Positions 12,137 to 22,626 of a DNA stretch of 64,000 nt are shown here, piece by piece. This stretch comes from an uncultured Candidatus Rokubacteria bacterium (GTDB lineage Bacteria; Methylomirabilota; Methylomirabilia; Rokubacteriales; CSP1-6): the NCBI GenBank assembly GCA_963789955.1, contig CAWBMV010000037.1, forward strand, positions 320,001-384,000. The letters are read 5' to 3'. Made by a program: the position numbers and the translations under genes. Under the pieces are notes generated by a model. It was not told where the DNA came from. It was given only the letters and a program-made list of their open reading frames with translations, and ran no database searches. The first letter of the stretch is position 1. Every line of letters starts with the position of its first letter.

Positions 12137-13158
12137 AACGAATCTGCCTGCTCCTGGCCGTGGCCTTCGCGGTCGTCGTCACCGCCGCCGAGGCCAATGT
12201 CGGCTTGACCGAAATCGCGGGCAAGGACGGCGAAGGCGTCGTGACCGTCTACTACCCGTCCGCCGACGACGCGAAGATCGGGAGGCGTGGTCCGTTCACC
12301 TTCGAGTTCGCCTGGCAGGGCGCGCCGGCGCGGGGCAACGGGCGCCTGATCGTCATGTCGCACGGCTCGGGTGGCTCGCCCTGGGTGCACGCGAACCTGG
12401 CGCAGACCTTGGTGGCAGACGGCTTCGTCGTCGCCATGCCGGAGCACCGGGGTGACAACTACAAGGATCCCGGCACGCCGGGACCCGAGAGCTGGAAACG
12501 ACGGCCGGTCGAGGTGTCACGCGCCATCGACGTCGTGAGCCGGGACGCGCGCTTCGGGCCACTGCTCGCGCTGGACAAGGTCGGCATGTACGGGATGTCG
12601 GCCGGCGGGCACACGGCGCTGACCCTGGCGGGTGGCCGCTGGTCGCCCGCGCTCTTTACCCGGCATTGCGAGTCTCACATCGCCGAGGATTTCCAGACGT
12701 GCGTCGGCCTGGCCACCCGCCTGCGGGGAGGTTTTCTCGACGGCACGAAGACGACGATCGCCCTGTGGGTGATCCGCAGCCGCTTCAGCGATGCGACATG
12801 GCAGACGCACACCGACCCCCGCATCGCCGCGATCGTGGCCGGCGTTCCGCTGGCCGCGGACTTCGACATGGCGTCCCTGGCCGCGCCGCACGTGCCGCTG
12901 GCGCTGGTGACCGCCCGCCAGGACAAGTGGCTGATCCCGCGCTTCCACGGTGACGCCGTGCTCGCGGTCTGCGCGGCATGCGAGCGGCTGGCCGATTTCG
13001 CCACGGGCGGCCACGGCGCGCTGCTCTCGCCGCTGCCGCCGGGGCTGTCCGGCCTCGTCGGAGACCTCCTCAACGACCCGCCCGGCTTCGATCGAGCCGA
13101 GCTGCCCGAGGTCGACCGAAAGATCTCAAGCTTCTTTCGGAAGCTCCTGCTCCCCTAG
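12133..13158 (+). CDS. Secreted alpha/beta hydrolase (predicted dienelactone hydrolase-like)
   Basis: Signal peptide, SHGSGG, nucleophile elbow GMSAGG, GGHG. Confidence 0.8.
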   Translation: MKRICLLLAVAFAVVVTAAEANVGLTEIAGKDGEGVVTVYYPSADDAKIGRRGPFTFEFAWQGAPARGNGRLIVMSHGSGGSPWVHANLAQTLVADGFVVAMPEHRGDNYKDPGTPGPESWKRRPVEVSRAIDVVSRDARFGPLLALDKVGMYGMSAGGHTALTLAGGRWSPALFTRHCESHIAEDFQTCVGLATRLRGGFLDGTKTTIALWVIRSRFSDATWQTHTDPRIAAIVAGVPLAADFDMASLAAPHVPLALVTARQDKWLIPRFHGDAVLAVCAACERLADFATGGHGALLSPLPPGLSGLVGDLLNDPPGFDRAELPEVDRKISSFFRKLLLP

Positions 13159-14327
13159 CCCGTCCACTCGTACTTCTTCGCCGCCTTCTCGTTGAGCTCC
13201 GTGCCCCAGCCCGGCGCGGTCGGGATCTTCATGTGGCCGCTCGCGATCTCCGGCAGCGCCGTGAAGAGCTCGTCGCGATAGGGCGTCTGCTCCGGGTCGC
13301 TCTCCATGATGCGCACGTTGGAGACCGAGGCGCAGAGGTTGAGGCTCTGGAACGTGCTGAGGTGGCCGTTGTAGTTGTGGGGCGCGATGTTCAGCTCGAA
13401 CGTCTCGGCCAGGTCGGCCACCTTCTTCGCCGCCGAGAAGCCCTGCCAGCAGACGTCGACCTTCACGACGTCCATCGCGTGCAGATCGAAGTACGGCCGG
13501 TACTGCCGGATCGTCTGCAGCTGCTCGCCCGAGCAGATCGGCGCACGCACCGACGACTTCAGCTGGACCAGCGCGTGCGGGTCCTGGTTGTCGATCTCGA
13601 GCCAGAAGAGATCGTAGGGCTCGAGCGCGCGCCCCACGCGGATCGCCTCGCTCGGCTTGAAGTTGACGTTGATGTCCAGGCAGATGCCGATGTCGGGCCC
13701 GACCGCGTCGCGCATGGCCGAGATCTGGGCCACCGCCTGCTTCACGATGTCGCGGCTCGCGACCTGATCGTGCGGGCCGAGCCGGCCCTGCGAGATGCCG
13801 CGCGCCGGCTCACCGGGCCAGATGATGTTGGTCTTGAACGCGGTGTAGCCGCGCGCGGGCGCCTCGCGCGCCGCGTCCGCCAGATCTTGCAAGGTCTTGA
13901 GCGGCTTCACGCCCAGCAGCTTCCAGTTGTTCGCGCGATACGTCGCGAGGTGCGACCAGTAGACCCACTGGCGCTCGCGGTGCGGCCCGCCCATCAGCTT
14001 GTAGACCGGTACGCCCAGCGCCTTACCGGCGAGGTCCCACAGCGCCAGCTCGATCCCGGCGATCGCCTGCTGGGTCGCGCCGTACGGCGCCTGGCGGACG
14101 GCGCGGTACAGATCGATGTAGTGCTTCTCGACGGCGGTCGGATCCTTCCCGATCAGGCGCTGACCGAGATCCTGCACCAGACCGACCAGGCCGCGCGTGA
14201 TGCCGTCCGATCCGAACTCGCTGTAGCCCGTGAGCCCCGCGTCGGTGCGGATCGCGCAGAAAAGCCACGGCCGCGGCGGTGTGAAGCCGTTCGACACCAC
14301 GAAGGTCTCGATGCTCGTGATCTTCAT
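13155..14327 (-). CDS. Mandelate racemase/muconate lactonizing enzyme family protein
   Basis: GIELALWDLAGKALGVPVY, KxN, APHN, PTAPGWG. Confidence 0.9.
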   Translation of the reverse strand: MKITSIETFVVSNGFTPPRPWLFCAIRTDAGLTGYSEFGSDGITRGLVGLVQDLGQRLIGKDPTAVEKHYIDLYRAVRQAPYGATQQAIAGIELALWDLAGKALGVPVYKLMGGPHRERQWVYWSHLATYRANNWKLLGVKPLKTLQDLADAAREAPARGYTAFKTNIIWPGEPARGISQGRLGPHDQVASRDIVKQAVAQISAMRDAVGPDIGICLDINVNFKPSEAIRVGRALEPYDLFWLEIDNQDPHALVQLKSSVRAPICSGEQLQTIRQYRPYFDLHAMDVVKVDVCWQGFSAAKKVADLAETFELNIAPHNYNGHLSTFQSLNLCASVSNVRIMESDPEQTPYRDELFTALPEIASGHMKIPTAPGWGTELNEKAAKKYEWTG

Positions 14328-14365
14328 GTCGCTCCTCTCTTGTCTAGAACCTCGGCTGGAGACCG

Positions 14366-14394
14366 AACATCCGGAATACCGTTATGCGTGTCAA
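14366..14394 (-). promoter_or_regulatory. Candidate sigma70 promoter for the enolase-superfamily gene
   Basis: TTGACA-17 nt-GATGTT on the minus strand upstream of an SD (GAGGAG). Confidence 0.4.
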
Positions 14395-14435
14395 GCGGGG
14401 GCTTCGCCTGCCGGCGCTCGACTGGCGGCCGAATG

Positions 14436-14777
14436 TCAGTCGCAGCGCTTCAGGAAGATCTCGACCAGTCGCGCCGGACGAGAACCCTCGTTGCGCGTGT
14501 CGTGCGGCATCAAGCCCGGTAGGAAGTAGGCCGTTCCGCCGCTCAGCGGCTTCCGTCCCATCGGGCTATCGAGCGTCAGCTCCCCTTCGACCACGATGCC
14601 GACCTCGGCCTCGATTCCCTGGTGGCGTCCTGTTCCCGATCCCGGCACGAACGTCACGACCGTGACGCGGACCGAGGGATTGTCGAGGATCACCTGCGGC
14701 GCCGGAGGCTGTCCCAACGCAGGGAGCACAGCCAGAATGGTAGCGAAGATCGGTATCAGCACGAGCGCCTTCCTCAT
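14436..14777 (-). CDS. Secreted cupin-fold protein
   Basis: Signal peptide; GRHQG..E, GTAYFLPGLMPHDTRNEG. Confidence 0.75.
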   Translation of the reverse strand: MRKALVLIPIFATILAVLPALGQPPAPQVILDNPSVRVTVVTFVPGSGTGRHQGIEAEVGIVVEGELTLDSPMGRKPLSGGTAYFLPGLMPHDTRNEGSRPARLVEIFLKRCD

Positions 14778-14858
14778 CGCAGGGTTCTCCTTTTGAGCAA
14801 ACGGGGTGTCAGCGCTTCGGACCCGATCAGAAGGGGCCGGCGAGCTCGTCGTGATCCG

Positions 14859-15551
14859 TCACGGACCGGAGCGCAGCTTCTGAATCTTCGCGACGCCCTG
14901 ACCGATGGCGTCCGCCAGCGCGGGCAGTTGGTCGACGGCGAGGTACATGGTAGTCGGCGCCTCCCAGATAGCCCACCGCTCGAACGGGTGCAGGTTACCG
15001 GCCTGGACGTAGGCCGCCGCGTTGCGGCGGACGCGGAGCACACCGACCCGCAGCGAGCCACCGTGAAAGTCGACCTCCACAGTCTCTTCGCCGACGAGGG
15101 CCGGCGCGCTCGCCGTCGTGCGCGCCATCTCCTTGATGGCATCGAGGAGGGCGCTGATCTCCTGCTCGTCCAGGACGCCGACCGCTATCCGATACATCTC
15201 TCCGGGCGCGCCGGTGGCAAGCGAAAGCGAGAGCCTGAGGGCAAGCTGCTGCCGGCTCGGCACACCGAGCCGGTAGGCCCGCAGCACGTCGATGCCGATC
15301 TCGCCCGATTTCGTCATCCGAGCGGCCGCCATCGGGGGGAACGCCTCGGCCTTCAACGGGAGCGTCGCAATCTTCGCGATCGGATGCGTTTCCTTCACGC
15401 AGGGTGAGCAGGCGGCGACCACGAATCGCTCGAACCTCGTCGGCAGCTGCTCCGCGGTCTCTGGGCCCTGCGCGCCATTCGCGACAGCGGCCGTCACCAC
15501 CAAGGTCGCCGCTCCCAGAAGCGATCGGGCCAGCCCGCGAATGTGCGTCAC
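14859..15551 (-). CDS. Hypothetical exported protein
   Basis: SD GAGGAG, hydrophobic N-terminus, CSPC motif; no family recognised. Confidence 0.6.
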   Translation of the reverse strand: MTHIRGLARSLLGAATLVVTAAVANGAQGPETAEQLPTRFERFVVAACSPCVKETHPIAKIATLPLKAEAFPPMAAARMTKSGEIGIDVLRAYRLGVPSRQQLALRLSLSLATGAPGEMYRIAVGVLDEQEISALLDAIKEMARTTASAPALVGEETVEVDFHGGSLRVGVLRVRRNAAAYVQAGNLHPFERWAIWEAPTTMYLAVDQLPALADAIGQGVAKIQKLRSGP

Positions 15552-15624
15552 AACACTCTCCTCTTCGTCACCGTGTCTCGCCGGCGGCTGTTCTTCGATA
15601 TCACTATCACACTTTCTGTTCCGC

Positions 15625-17184
15625 TCATTTCGCGGCTCCCGGAGTCATTTCGACGATCGGCTGGGCGATGATCCAGAGACTGACCATCGTGTACCCCACC
15701 ATCAAGGTCAACATCGCGAACTGGCTCCGGAGCACGGCACGACGATCACCAAACTCGCGCACGGCAATGACGTGGGCGACGTAGACGGCGATCACGTGAC
15801 CCGTGACGATGGCGACGACGGCTGTGTACCATGCGAAGCGAGCGCCGACGATCCCGATATCCGGACGGTACCTCGCCGTACCAAACAGATTCCAGCCAAA
15901 CCCGAAAGGATCGGACACCAGTGGAATCAGGAACTGTCCCTGGATCAGCAGGTACGTGAAGTAATGCGCCAGGTGATAGGCGATCGCGATCGGGATGAGC
16001 GAGACCACGAACGCGCGCTCGACGGCGGCGATCGGCCGCATGTTCCCGGCGGACAACGCCATCCATCTGGCGAACAGCCGATAGATCAGCACGAAGAGCA
16101 CCGGGAAGCTGAGGAGCGCGAGGGTGTCGATGACCGACACGCGGGCGTCGCCGAGAGGCGCCAGCGCAGTGAAGGCGATGCCTTCGAACGTGGCCCACGC
16201 CGGAGTTCCCATGAATCCGTCGAATGTCACGGTCGAGAGCATGAGCAGGACGAAGACGGCCATCGAACCCGAGATCGGCTCCGATCGCAGGAGTCCCGCT
16301 CCGAACGGCCGCAGATTCAGCTCGCGCTCGGCGTCCCCGGCGCGCGCGAAACACGCGCCACAGTTGACACAGCCGTCTTCCTGGTTCGCACACCCGTGCG
16401 CGCAACGGTGACACAGGTCGCGATTCGTCACGCGGATCTCGGTGGGAGCGAATCGCGCGAGGAGCCCGAACGCCATGGCAAACGGGTCGCCGTGTCGGAG
16501 CCACGCGACGCGCCCAAAGACCGCCATGCCGGCGAACGTCATCGCCGAGTACACCACCGTCATCAGCGCGAGCTGAGCCGGGACCGCCCGACCGAGGAAG
16601 ACGAGCTCGGTCCACGCGAACGCGAGGAACAGCGTGATCGCGGGCCACACGCCGAGCCATTGCGGATAGCGCATGATCGATGCGCCTTCGCCGTCGGATC
16701 CGCCACGGCCCTTCACCCAGTGAAAGACCGCACTCCAGGGATTCACGACAGCCCACAGATTGCCGACCAACGCCGAGATATAAGCGACGCCGACCCACCA
16801 CGCGACCCAGATGGCGGTCGGTGCGAGATTCCGCAGCGGATTTTGGTTGCCGACGGCGCCGGCAGCCACGATGAGCATCAGGGCACCGACGGATAGCACC
16901 TGAGCCGCGAGCTGGATGCCGCGGCTGACCAGCAGGCGCACGAGCCGCCATCGAAGCACGTTGATCCGCGGATAACCGCGCGTCACATTCGCGCCCTGCA
17001 CGATGGGGGCGATGATCGCGAAGGAGAGGGCGACTGCCGCGCCGGCGCCCGTCAGCCACAGCCAGAGCGGCACCGGAAGATCGTAGCGTTGGCCGAAGCC
17101 GTGGGCGAAGGCGGGCGTCGTGACGACCGGGATCGAGAGGATCGCGATCGCGGCGGCGCGTGCTCTGCAAACGGTAGCGCCCAG
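15625..17184 (-). CDS. Multi-pass membrane protein with N-terminal HGFGxRYDLP and a six-Cys loop, copy A (start uncertain, possibly CTG)
   Basis: AFAHGFGQRYDLPVPLW, NLAPT..WV.WWVG, CHRCAHGC..GCVNCGAC, LIPIAIAYHLAHY, SDPFG.GWNLFGT; strong paralogy with 18262..19793. Confidence 0.8.
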   Translation of the reverse strand: MGATVCRARAAAIAILSIPVVTTPAFAHGFGQRYDLPVPLWLWLTGAGAAVALSFAIIAPIVQGANVTRGYPRINVLRWRLVRLLVSRGIQLAAQVLSVGALMLIVAAGAVGNQNPLRNLAPTAIWVAWWVGVAYISALVGNLWAVVNPWSAVFHWVKGRGGSDGEGASIMRYPQWLGVWPAITLFLAFAWTELVFLGRAVPAQLALMTVVYSAMTFAGMAVFGRVAWLRHGDPFAMAFGLLARFAPTEIRVTNRDLCHRCAHGCANQEDGCVNCGACFARAGDAERELNLRPFGAGLLRSEPISGSMAVFVLLMLSTVTFDGFMGTPAWATFEGIAFTALAPLGDARVSVIDTLALLSFPVLFVLIYRLFARWMALSAGNMRPIAAVERAFVVSLIPIAIAYHLAHYFTYLLIQGQFLIPLVSDPFGFGWNLFGTARYRPDIGIVGARFAWYTAVVAIVTGHVIAVYVAHVIAVREFGDRRAVLRSQFAMLTLMVGYTMVSLWIIAQPIVEMTPGAAK

Positions 17185-17305
17185 TTGACCCGGCTCCTTT
17201 CTTCCCGGCGACCTGCGGGATCGTACCGCGAGTCCGCTTCGAGCAATGGCTTTTCGAAGGTTCCTCGCTGGCGCGCCAACCGACGTTCGTGTAGTCTCGT
17301 TCTCG

Positions 17306-17805
17306 ATGCATCGCCGAGCGATTCTGCCGTGTCTCGCGGCCACCTCGGTCAGCGTCGCCCCCGCCGTCGCCTCGGCACACACCAGGCTCTCCGGAACCGT
17401 GCAGATCGAGACGTCCGGCGCGACATTGTCGGCGTGGTTGACGAGCTGGATGCGCGGGCGAAGCGTCCCGGCTGGCCATCCTCGCCGCCGGATGTGCGCT
17501 CGCTGCCATCCTGGCGATCTGGGCCCGGCGCGTCCGGCGCATACCGGTCGTCGCGCTGGCGTTGATGCTGGCCCTGACCGGGTTCGAGACCGCCATTCAC
17601 TCGGTGCATCATCTGGGCGATCCCCGGGCGGCCGAGCAATGCCTCGTCGCATCGAGTGGCGCACACACGCACGCCATCGGTGGCGGATCACCGTTGGTCC
17701 CTGGACGACGTCACGAGAGTCCTTGGAACCGTCTCGATAGCGTCCTGGCCATTACGTCGCTCGACGGTCGCTGCTCCGACCCCCGGCCGCGCTCCCCCCG
17801 CCTAG
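17306..17805 (+). CDS. Putative metal-sensing RAPP leader protein, copy 1 (frameshifts near 17450 and 17695)
   Basis: Stitched: MHRRAILP..ASAH signal; LAILAAGCALAAILAIWARRVRRIPVVALALMLALTGFETAIHSVHHLGD..CLVASSGAH; shifted frame ends TPGRAPPA* (TAG 17803-17805). Confidence 0.75.
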
Positions 17806-17901
17806 CTCCACGCGCATCGCACTTCGAGTCGCAGCGAGCAGCAGGCGAGCGCCTGCTCCGATGTCCCCTTGATCGTGCGCCGGCGGGCGCGAGGATCCGT
17901 C

Positions 17902-18265
17902 ATGCAAGCTATGCTCAGGTGGTCCGGGCTCCTCTGGCTCCTCGCGATGATGAGCGTGGTCGTGGTGCAGGCTTCCATGGCCGAGCCGAAGGCCATCGAC
18001 CTGGTCATCCGCGGGAGAAGCCTCTCGCCCGAGCAACGCGTGATCCGGGTCCAGCAAGGCGATGCGGTCACCTTGCGCTGGACGAGTGACCAGACGCTCA
18101 CCCTGCACCTGCACGGCTACGACGTCGAGCGACGCGTCGCTCCCGGCGCGGCCGCGACGATGAGCTTCACAGCGCATGCGACGGGCCGATTTCCCATCGA
18201 AGTCCATGCGAGCGAAGGACGGCGGCGAGACGACCCTGGGCTACCTGGAGGTTCACCCGCGGTGA
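17902..18265 (+). CDS. Exported cupredoxin-like protein (frameshift near 18225)
   Basis: Signal peptide; VIRVQQGDAVTLRWTSD, LHLHGYD, GRFPIEVH, corrected end LGYLEVHPR*; SD GAGGA. Confidence 0.7.
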
Positions 18266-19793
18266 GAGCCATTCGCCGTGACACCGTCGCGTCGTCGCCG
18301 TTCTCGCGGTCGCGCCGCCGGCGTGCGCGCACGGGTTTGGGGATCGTTACGACCTGCCGGTGCCGCTCTCGCTATGGGTCGCCGGGGCGGTGATCGCGGT
18401 GGTGCTCTCGTTCGTCGTCGTCGGGTTGGTCGTGCGAGCGCCCACGATTCCCGGGGACTACGCCCGGGTCAATCTGCTGCGCTGGCCGCCCGCGCGGATC
18501 CTCGTCGATCCGCGTCTGTGGCTGGTCGGGCGGATCGCGTCGATCGCGCTGCTGCTCCTGATCGTGGCTGCCGGCGTTCTCGGCAACCAGAACCCGACAC
18601 GAAATTTGGCTCCGACGGCCGTGTGGGTCGTCTGGTGGGTCGGCGTCGCCTATCTCTCGGCGCTCCTCGGCAACGTATGGCTCGTCGTGAATCCGTGGAG
18701 TGCGGCGTTCGCTGCCGTCGAGCGCTTCGTGGGGGGTAACCTCGCGTGGCGTTTCCCCTATCCGCGCGCGCTCGGAGCTTGGCCGGCGGTCCTGCTCTTC
18801 GGCGCGTTTGCGTGGACCGAGCTCGTATTCAATGGAAGGGCGGTCCCGGCCCAGCTTGCGCTGCTGATCCTCGGCTATTCGCTCGTCACCTGGGCGGGAA
18901 TGGCGGTCTTCGGCCGTGCGACGTGGTTACGCCACGGCGATCCCTTTGCGACCGTCTTCGGACTGCTCGCTCGATTCGCGCCGCTCGAGCTGCGTGTGAG
19001 CAATCCGCGCTGGTGCCACCGCTGTGAGGGAGACTGCGACGGCCCGGCGGATGGATGCGTCAACTGCCTCGAGTGCTTCGAACGGGCGCCCGAGGGCGAA
19101 CGGGAGCTGAATCTCCGTCCGTGGGCGGCCGGGCTGCTCGACGCCCGTGACGTCTCGCCGTCGATGGTCGTCTTCGCCCTCCTCCTCCTGGCCACCGTGA
19201 CCTTCGACGGGTTCATGGCGACTCCGCCCTGGTCCACGGTCGAGAGCACCCTCTACCCCTTGATGCCCGGCGACCCGGATCTCAAGCTCACGCTCACCTC
19301 CACCGTCGGTCTGCTGGCCTTCGCCGTCCTGTTCGTCGCAGCGTATCGCGTCGTCGCCGCCGGGGTGGCTGTCGCCGCCGGACGGCACGCCTCATCGCGC
19401 ATCGCCGGCGCGTTCGTCCTGTCGCTGGTGCCGATCGCGCTGGCCTACCACCTGGCGCACTACTTCACGTACCTGCTGATCCAGGGCCAGCTCACCATCC
19501 CGCTCGCGTCCGACCCGTTCGGCTTCGGCTGGAACCTCTTCGGCACGGCCGCGTTCGTCCCCGACTTCGGCCTCGTGGATGCGCGAGTGGCCTGGTACAC
19601 ATCGGTCGTGGCGATCGTGATCGGCCACATCGTGGCCGTCTACGTCGCCCACGTGGTCGCGCTCCAGGAGTTTCGCGAGCGCCGCGCCGTCGTCAGGAGC
19701 CAGCTCGTGATGCTGCTGCTCATGGTTGGATATACGACGGCGAGCCTGTGGATCATCGCGCAGCCCATCGTCGAGTTCAGCGGCACGAGCTAG
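18262..19793 (+). CDS. Multi-pass membrane protein with HGFGxRYDLP and six-Cys loop, copy B (frameshifts in the signal region)
   Basis: ACAHGFGDRYDLPVPL upstream in frame with ORF 18360..19793; CHRCEGDC..GCVNCLEC; overlaps the cupredoxin stop (GTGA). Confidence 0.82.
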
Positions 19794-20353
19794 GGGGCCA
19801 GGGGCTTCGTGCCGGCAGCTCGCCGCCGGCGACCCCAGACCGCGAGCCACACAGCAAGGAGGAGGATCGCCAGCGCGCCAATCGCTACGAGCACGGCCCA
19901 ACGGACAGCCAAGGGCGGCTCGACATCCATCTCGAAATCGACGTCACCGCGCCCCGCCGATCCCTCGACCGACACCGTGACGTGCCAGCGCCCTTGCGCC
20001 GGAATTTTTACCCTCGCGTGGTACAAGCGCGGCACGAGCAGATCGAAGAATCCGCCGGCTGCGCGCGAGCCCACGCCCTCGACGAAGCCTGACGTGGTGG
20101 CGGCACGCGCCGTCAGGCGCATCCGGGCGTCGTCGACGGGCCGGCGCGTGTCGGCGCGGAGGATCGAGGCGCTGATATCGAGCGCGCCCACCCGCGCGGG
20201 ATCCGGCGCGGTCCACACCGAGACGACATAGGGCCCGGCCGGGACGAGCTCGCAGCGAAGCCGGCCTCCGTGCGCGTCCGCGTGCCCCGCCGGGAGCAGT
20301 AGCACGGCAACGATCGATCCGACCCGCAGCGCCGCCGCCCACCCAGCAGTCAT
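19790..20353 (-). CDS. Exported, C-terminally anchored protein (YtkA/FixH-like Ig fold possible)
   Basis: Signal peptide ending ADA|HGG, GPYVVSVWTAPDPARVG, GRWHVTVSVEG, C-terminal TM plus RRRR. Confidence 0.65.
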   Translation of the reverse strand: MTAGWAAALRVGSIVAVLLLPAGHADAHGGRLRCELVPAGPYVVSVWTAPDPARVGALDISASILRADTRRPVDDARMRLTARAATTSGFVEGVGSRAAGGFFDLLVPRLYHARVKIPAQGRWHVTVSVEGSAGRGDVDFEMDVEPPLAVRWAVLVAIGALAILLLAVWLAVWGRRRRAAGTKPLAP

Positions 20354-20406
20354 CGACTCGCCTGGTCCTCGCCGCCCGAGCCGCCCCATGTTAGTGTGGC
20401 GCCGTC

Positions 20407-21978
20407 GTGTTGGCCTTCGCTCTGTTGTGGCTGCGCGCCGCGGGGCTCGTCGGGCAGGCGCTGGCGCTCGGCAGTACGGCATTCGCGCTCGTCGTGCTTC
20501 AGAGGACACGCGAGCCGGGCTCGCTCCGGCGCTTTCACTCTGCATTGGTGATCGCGGCGGCCGGCGCCTTGCTCTGCGCCGCGGCGCAAGCCATCGTTCT
20601 CGCGACCATCGCGAACGCGTTCGCCGACGAGCACGGCTGGGCGTTCGGCGCGCTGCTGGGCTCGACGGTGGGCCAGCGCGGAATGTTGCGCATTGTGGTC
20701 GCACTCGGTGTCGCCGGAGCCGCGCTGGCGACTCGTCGGGTCTCGAGCCCACGGATCTGGTCGATGCTGCTCGTCGCCGCCAACGCCTTGCTCGCCCTTT
20801 CGAGCGCACGGGTCAGCCACGCGGCGGGCCGTCAGGATTTCGGCTGGCTCGTCGCCGTCGGCGCTCTCCATCAAGCCGCCGCCGGCGTCTGGGTCGGCGG
20901 CCTGGTCTGCGCGTTCGTGTTCACCGTGCGACATGATGCGCAGGCTCCGATCGCCTGGCTCCGCCCGTTCTCGCGGCTCGCCGCGACGGCCGCCGGAGCG
21001 ATCGCGCTCACCGGCATCGCGCTCGCGTGCGGGTACGTCGCCACCCCGCGAGCCGCCATCGGCACCACCTACGGCGCGATGGTCGTCACGAAGAGCACGC
21101 TGTTCGTCGCGCTGCTCGTGATGGGCGCGCTGAACCATTTCGCCCTGCGCCGCCCGCCGGCGGCGGCACCCGGCGATACCATCGTCCTTCGCCGGCGCAT
21201 CGAGGTCGAAGCCGGGCTCGGCCTCGTGACGCTCCTCGTGGCGGCCTCCATCGCTTCGGCTCCGCCCGGCGTGGACGCGGGCGTCGCGCGCGCCACGCCC
21301 GAAGAAGTCGGCTATCTCTTCACGCCCCGCTGGCCGCGGCTCGACACGCCAACTCCGGCGGAGCTGCTGGCGACCTCCGGCCTCGGTGACCCGAGCGCGC
21401 CGCGCACCCAGGAAGAAATCGCGTGGTCCGAGTTCGGTCACAACGTCTCGGGCCTGTTCATCGTGGCGATGGGCCTGCTCGCGACGCTCGAGCGGACCGG
21501 CCGCGCGCCGTGGGCTCGCCACTGGCCGCTGCTCCTCCTGGGGCTGGCGGGCTTCATCGGCTGGAGCCTCGATCCGGAGGGCTGGCAGACGGGCGTCGTC
21601 GGTTTCTGGGACCAGATGCGCAGTCCAGAGGTCTTGCAGCACCGGATCTTGCTGCTGCTCACCGCGCTCTTCGCCCTCGCCGAGTGGCAAGTCCGCAGCG
21701 GTCGGCGCCCGAACTCCCCTTTCCGCTATCCGTTTCCGTTCGTGGCGATCGCGAGTGGCGTGCTCCTCATCTCGCACAGCCACGAGGTGAGCAACGCCAA
21801 ATCCGGGCTGCTCATGGAGCTCTCGCATCTTCCCCTGGGTCTGGTCAGTCTCCTCGCCGGCTGGTCGCGCTGGCTCGAATTGCGGTTGCCTCCCGCCGAC
21901 AGCGGCGGGCCCGGCCGCCTCTGGGGTCCCGCCTTCTGTCTCTTCGGGCTGATCCTCACCTTTTATCGCGAGGCGTGA
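20407..21978 (+). CDS. copD: CopD-family copper transport membrane protein with extended C-terminal membrane domain
   Basis: SHAA, LHQAAAGVWVGGL, FSRLA, TTYG..K; C-terminal WSEFGHN, QHR, SHSH, HLPLG. Confidence 0.8.
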   Translation: MLAFALLWLRAAGLVGQALALGSTAFALVVLQRTREPGSLRRFHSALVIAAAGALLCAAAQAIVLATIANAFADEHGWAFGALLGSTVGQRGMLRIVVALGVAGAALATRRVSSPRIWSMLLVAANALLALSSARVSHAAGRQDFGWLVAVGALHQAAAGVWVGGLVCAFVFTVRHDAQAPIAWLRPFSRLAATAAGAIALTGIALACGYVATPRAAIGTTYGAMVVTKSTLFVALLVMGALNHFALRRPPAAAPGDTIVLRRRIEVEAGLGLVTLLVAASIASAPPGVDAGVARATPEEVGYLFTPRWPRLDTPTPAELLATSGLGDPSAPRTQEEIAWSEFGHNVSGLFIVAMGLLATLERTGRAPWARHWPLLLLGLAGFIGWSLDPEGWQTGVVGFWDQMRSPEVLQHRILLLLTALFALAEWQVRSGRRPNSPFRYPFPFVAIASGVLLISHSHEVSNAKSGLLMELSHLPLGLVSLLAGWSRWLELRLPPADSGGPGRLWGPAFCLFGLILTFYREA

Positions 21979-21989
21979 CCGGGCGCCGG

Positions 21990-22604
21990 CTACTTCATGT
22001 CGTGTCCTTTCATGTCCATCGGCTTGTCGCCGGTCGGCTTGTCGCCGCCAGCGTGATGGCTCATCTCGCCTTTCAGCGATTTGAGGTAGGCGACCAGATC
22101 GACGAGCTGGCGGACGGTCATCACGTCCCCGTAGTCGGGCATCTTCGATAGCCGATCGGAGCCCGTGTAGCCGGCGCCCTGCACGATGACCCGGTTCGGG
22201 TTCACGATCGATTCCGCGAAGTATTCAGCCGGATGATGGGAGCCCATGCCGGTCAATGCCGGGCCCGGCTCTTGAGCCCGCTTCGATGCCTTCGGGAAAT
22301 CCTCCCCTTTGACTTCGTGACACGCGAAGCACTCCAGTGTCACGAACGCCTCGCGCCCCTTGGCCGGATCACCCGGTGGCACCAGGAATTTCCAGCCCTT
22401 CGGCACCCCGCCCGACGCATGCAGCGCTTCCATCGTCGTGCGGATCGGCGCCGGCGGCTTCATGGCTGAAGTCTTGTCCCCGCCCATCTGCATGGTCCCT
22501 TGACCCCAGGCCCCTGCGGTGACGACCAGGCCGATCAGCAGCGCTAACACCGTCGTGCGTCGCGGTTCGATTCTCATGCCCATCCTCCGTAGGATGTCGT
22601 TCAT
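21990..22604 (-). CDS. Exported monoheme c-type cytochrome with Met/His-rich termini
   Basis: GDPAKGREAF..LECFACH, GPALTG, ESIVNPN, SKMP, DLVAYL; SD GGAGG. Confidence 0.85.
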   Translation of the reverse strand: MNDILRRMGMRIEPRRTTVLALLIGLVVTAGAWGQGTMQMGGDKTSAMKPPAPIRTTMEALHASGGVPKGWKFLVPPGDPAKGREAFVTLECFACHEVKGEDFPKASKRAQEPGPALTGMGSHHPAEYFAESIVNPNRVIVQGAGYTGSDRLSKMPDYGDVMTVRQLVDLVAYLKSLKGEMSHHAGGDKPTGDKPMDMKGHDMK

Positions 22605-22626
22605 CGTTGCCTCCGGGTTTGAGGAC

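Noticed and set aside
15625..19793. 'Fenitrothion hydrolase' label that I recall for similar HG...DLP membrane proteins
   Set aside because: No hydrolase motif is visible; the label is probably propagated annotation and cannot be supported from sequence.
21990..22604. SoxX sulfur-oxidation cytochrome
   Set aside because: Only generic similarity (GD...G, CxxCH, GP.L); no other sox genes in the window.
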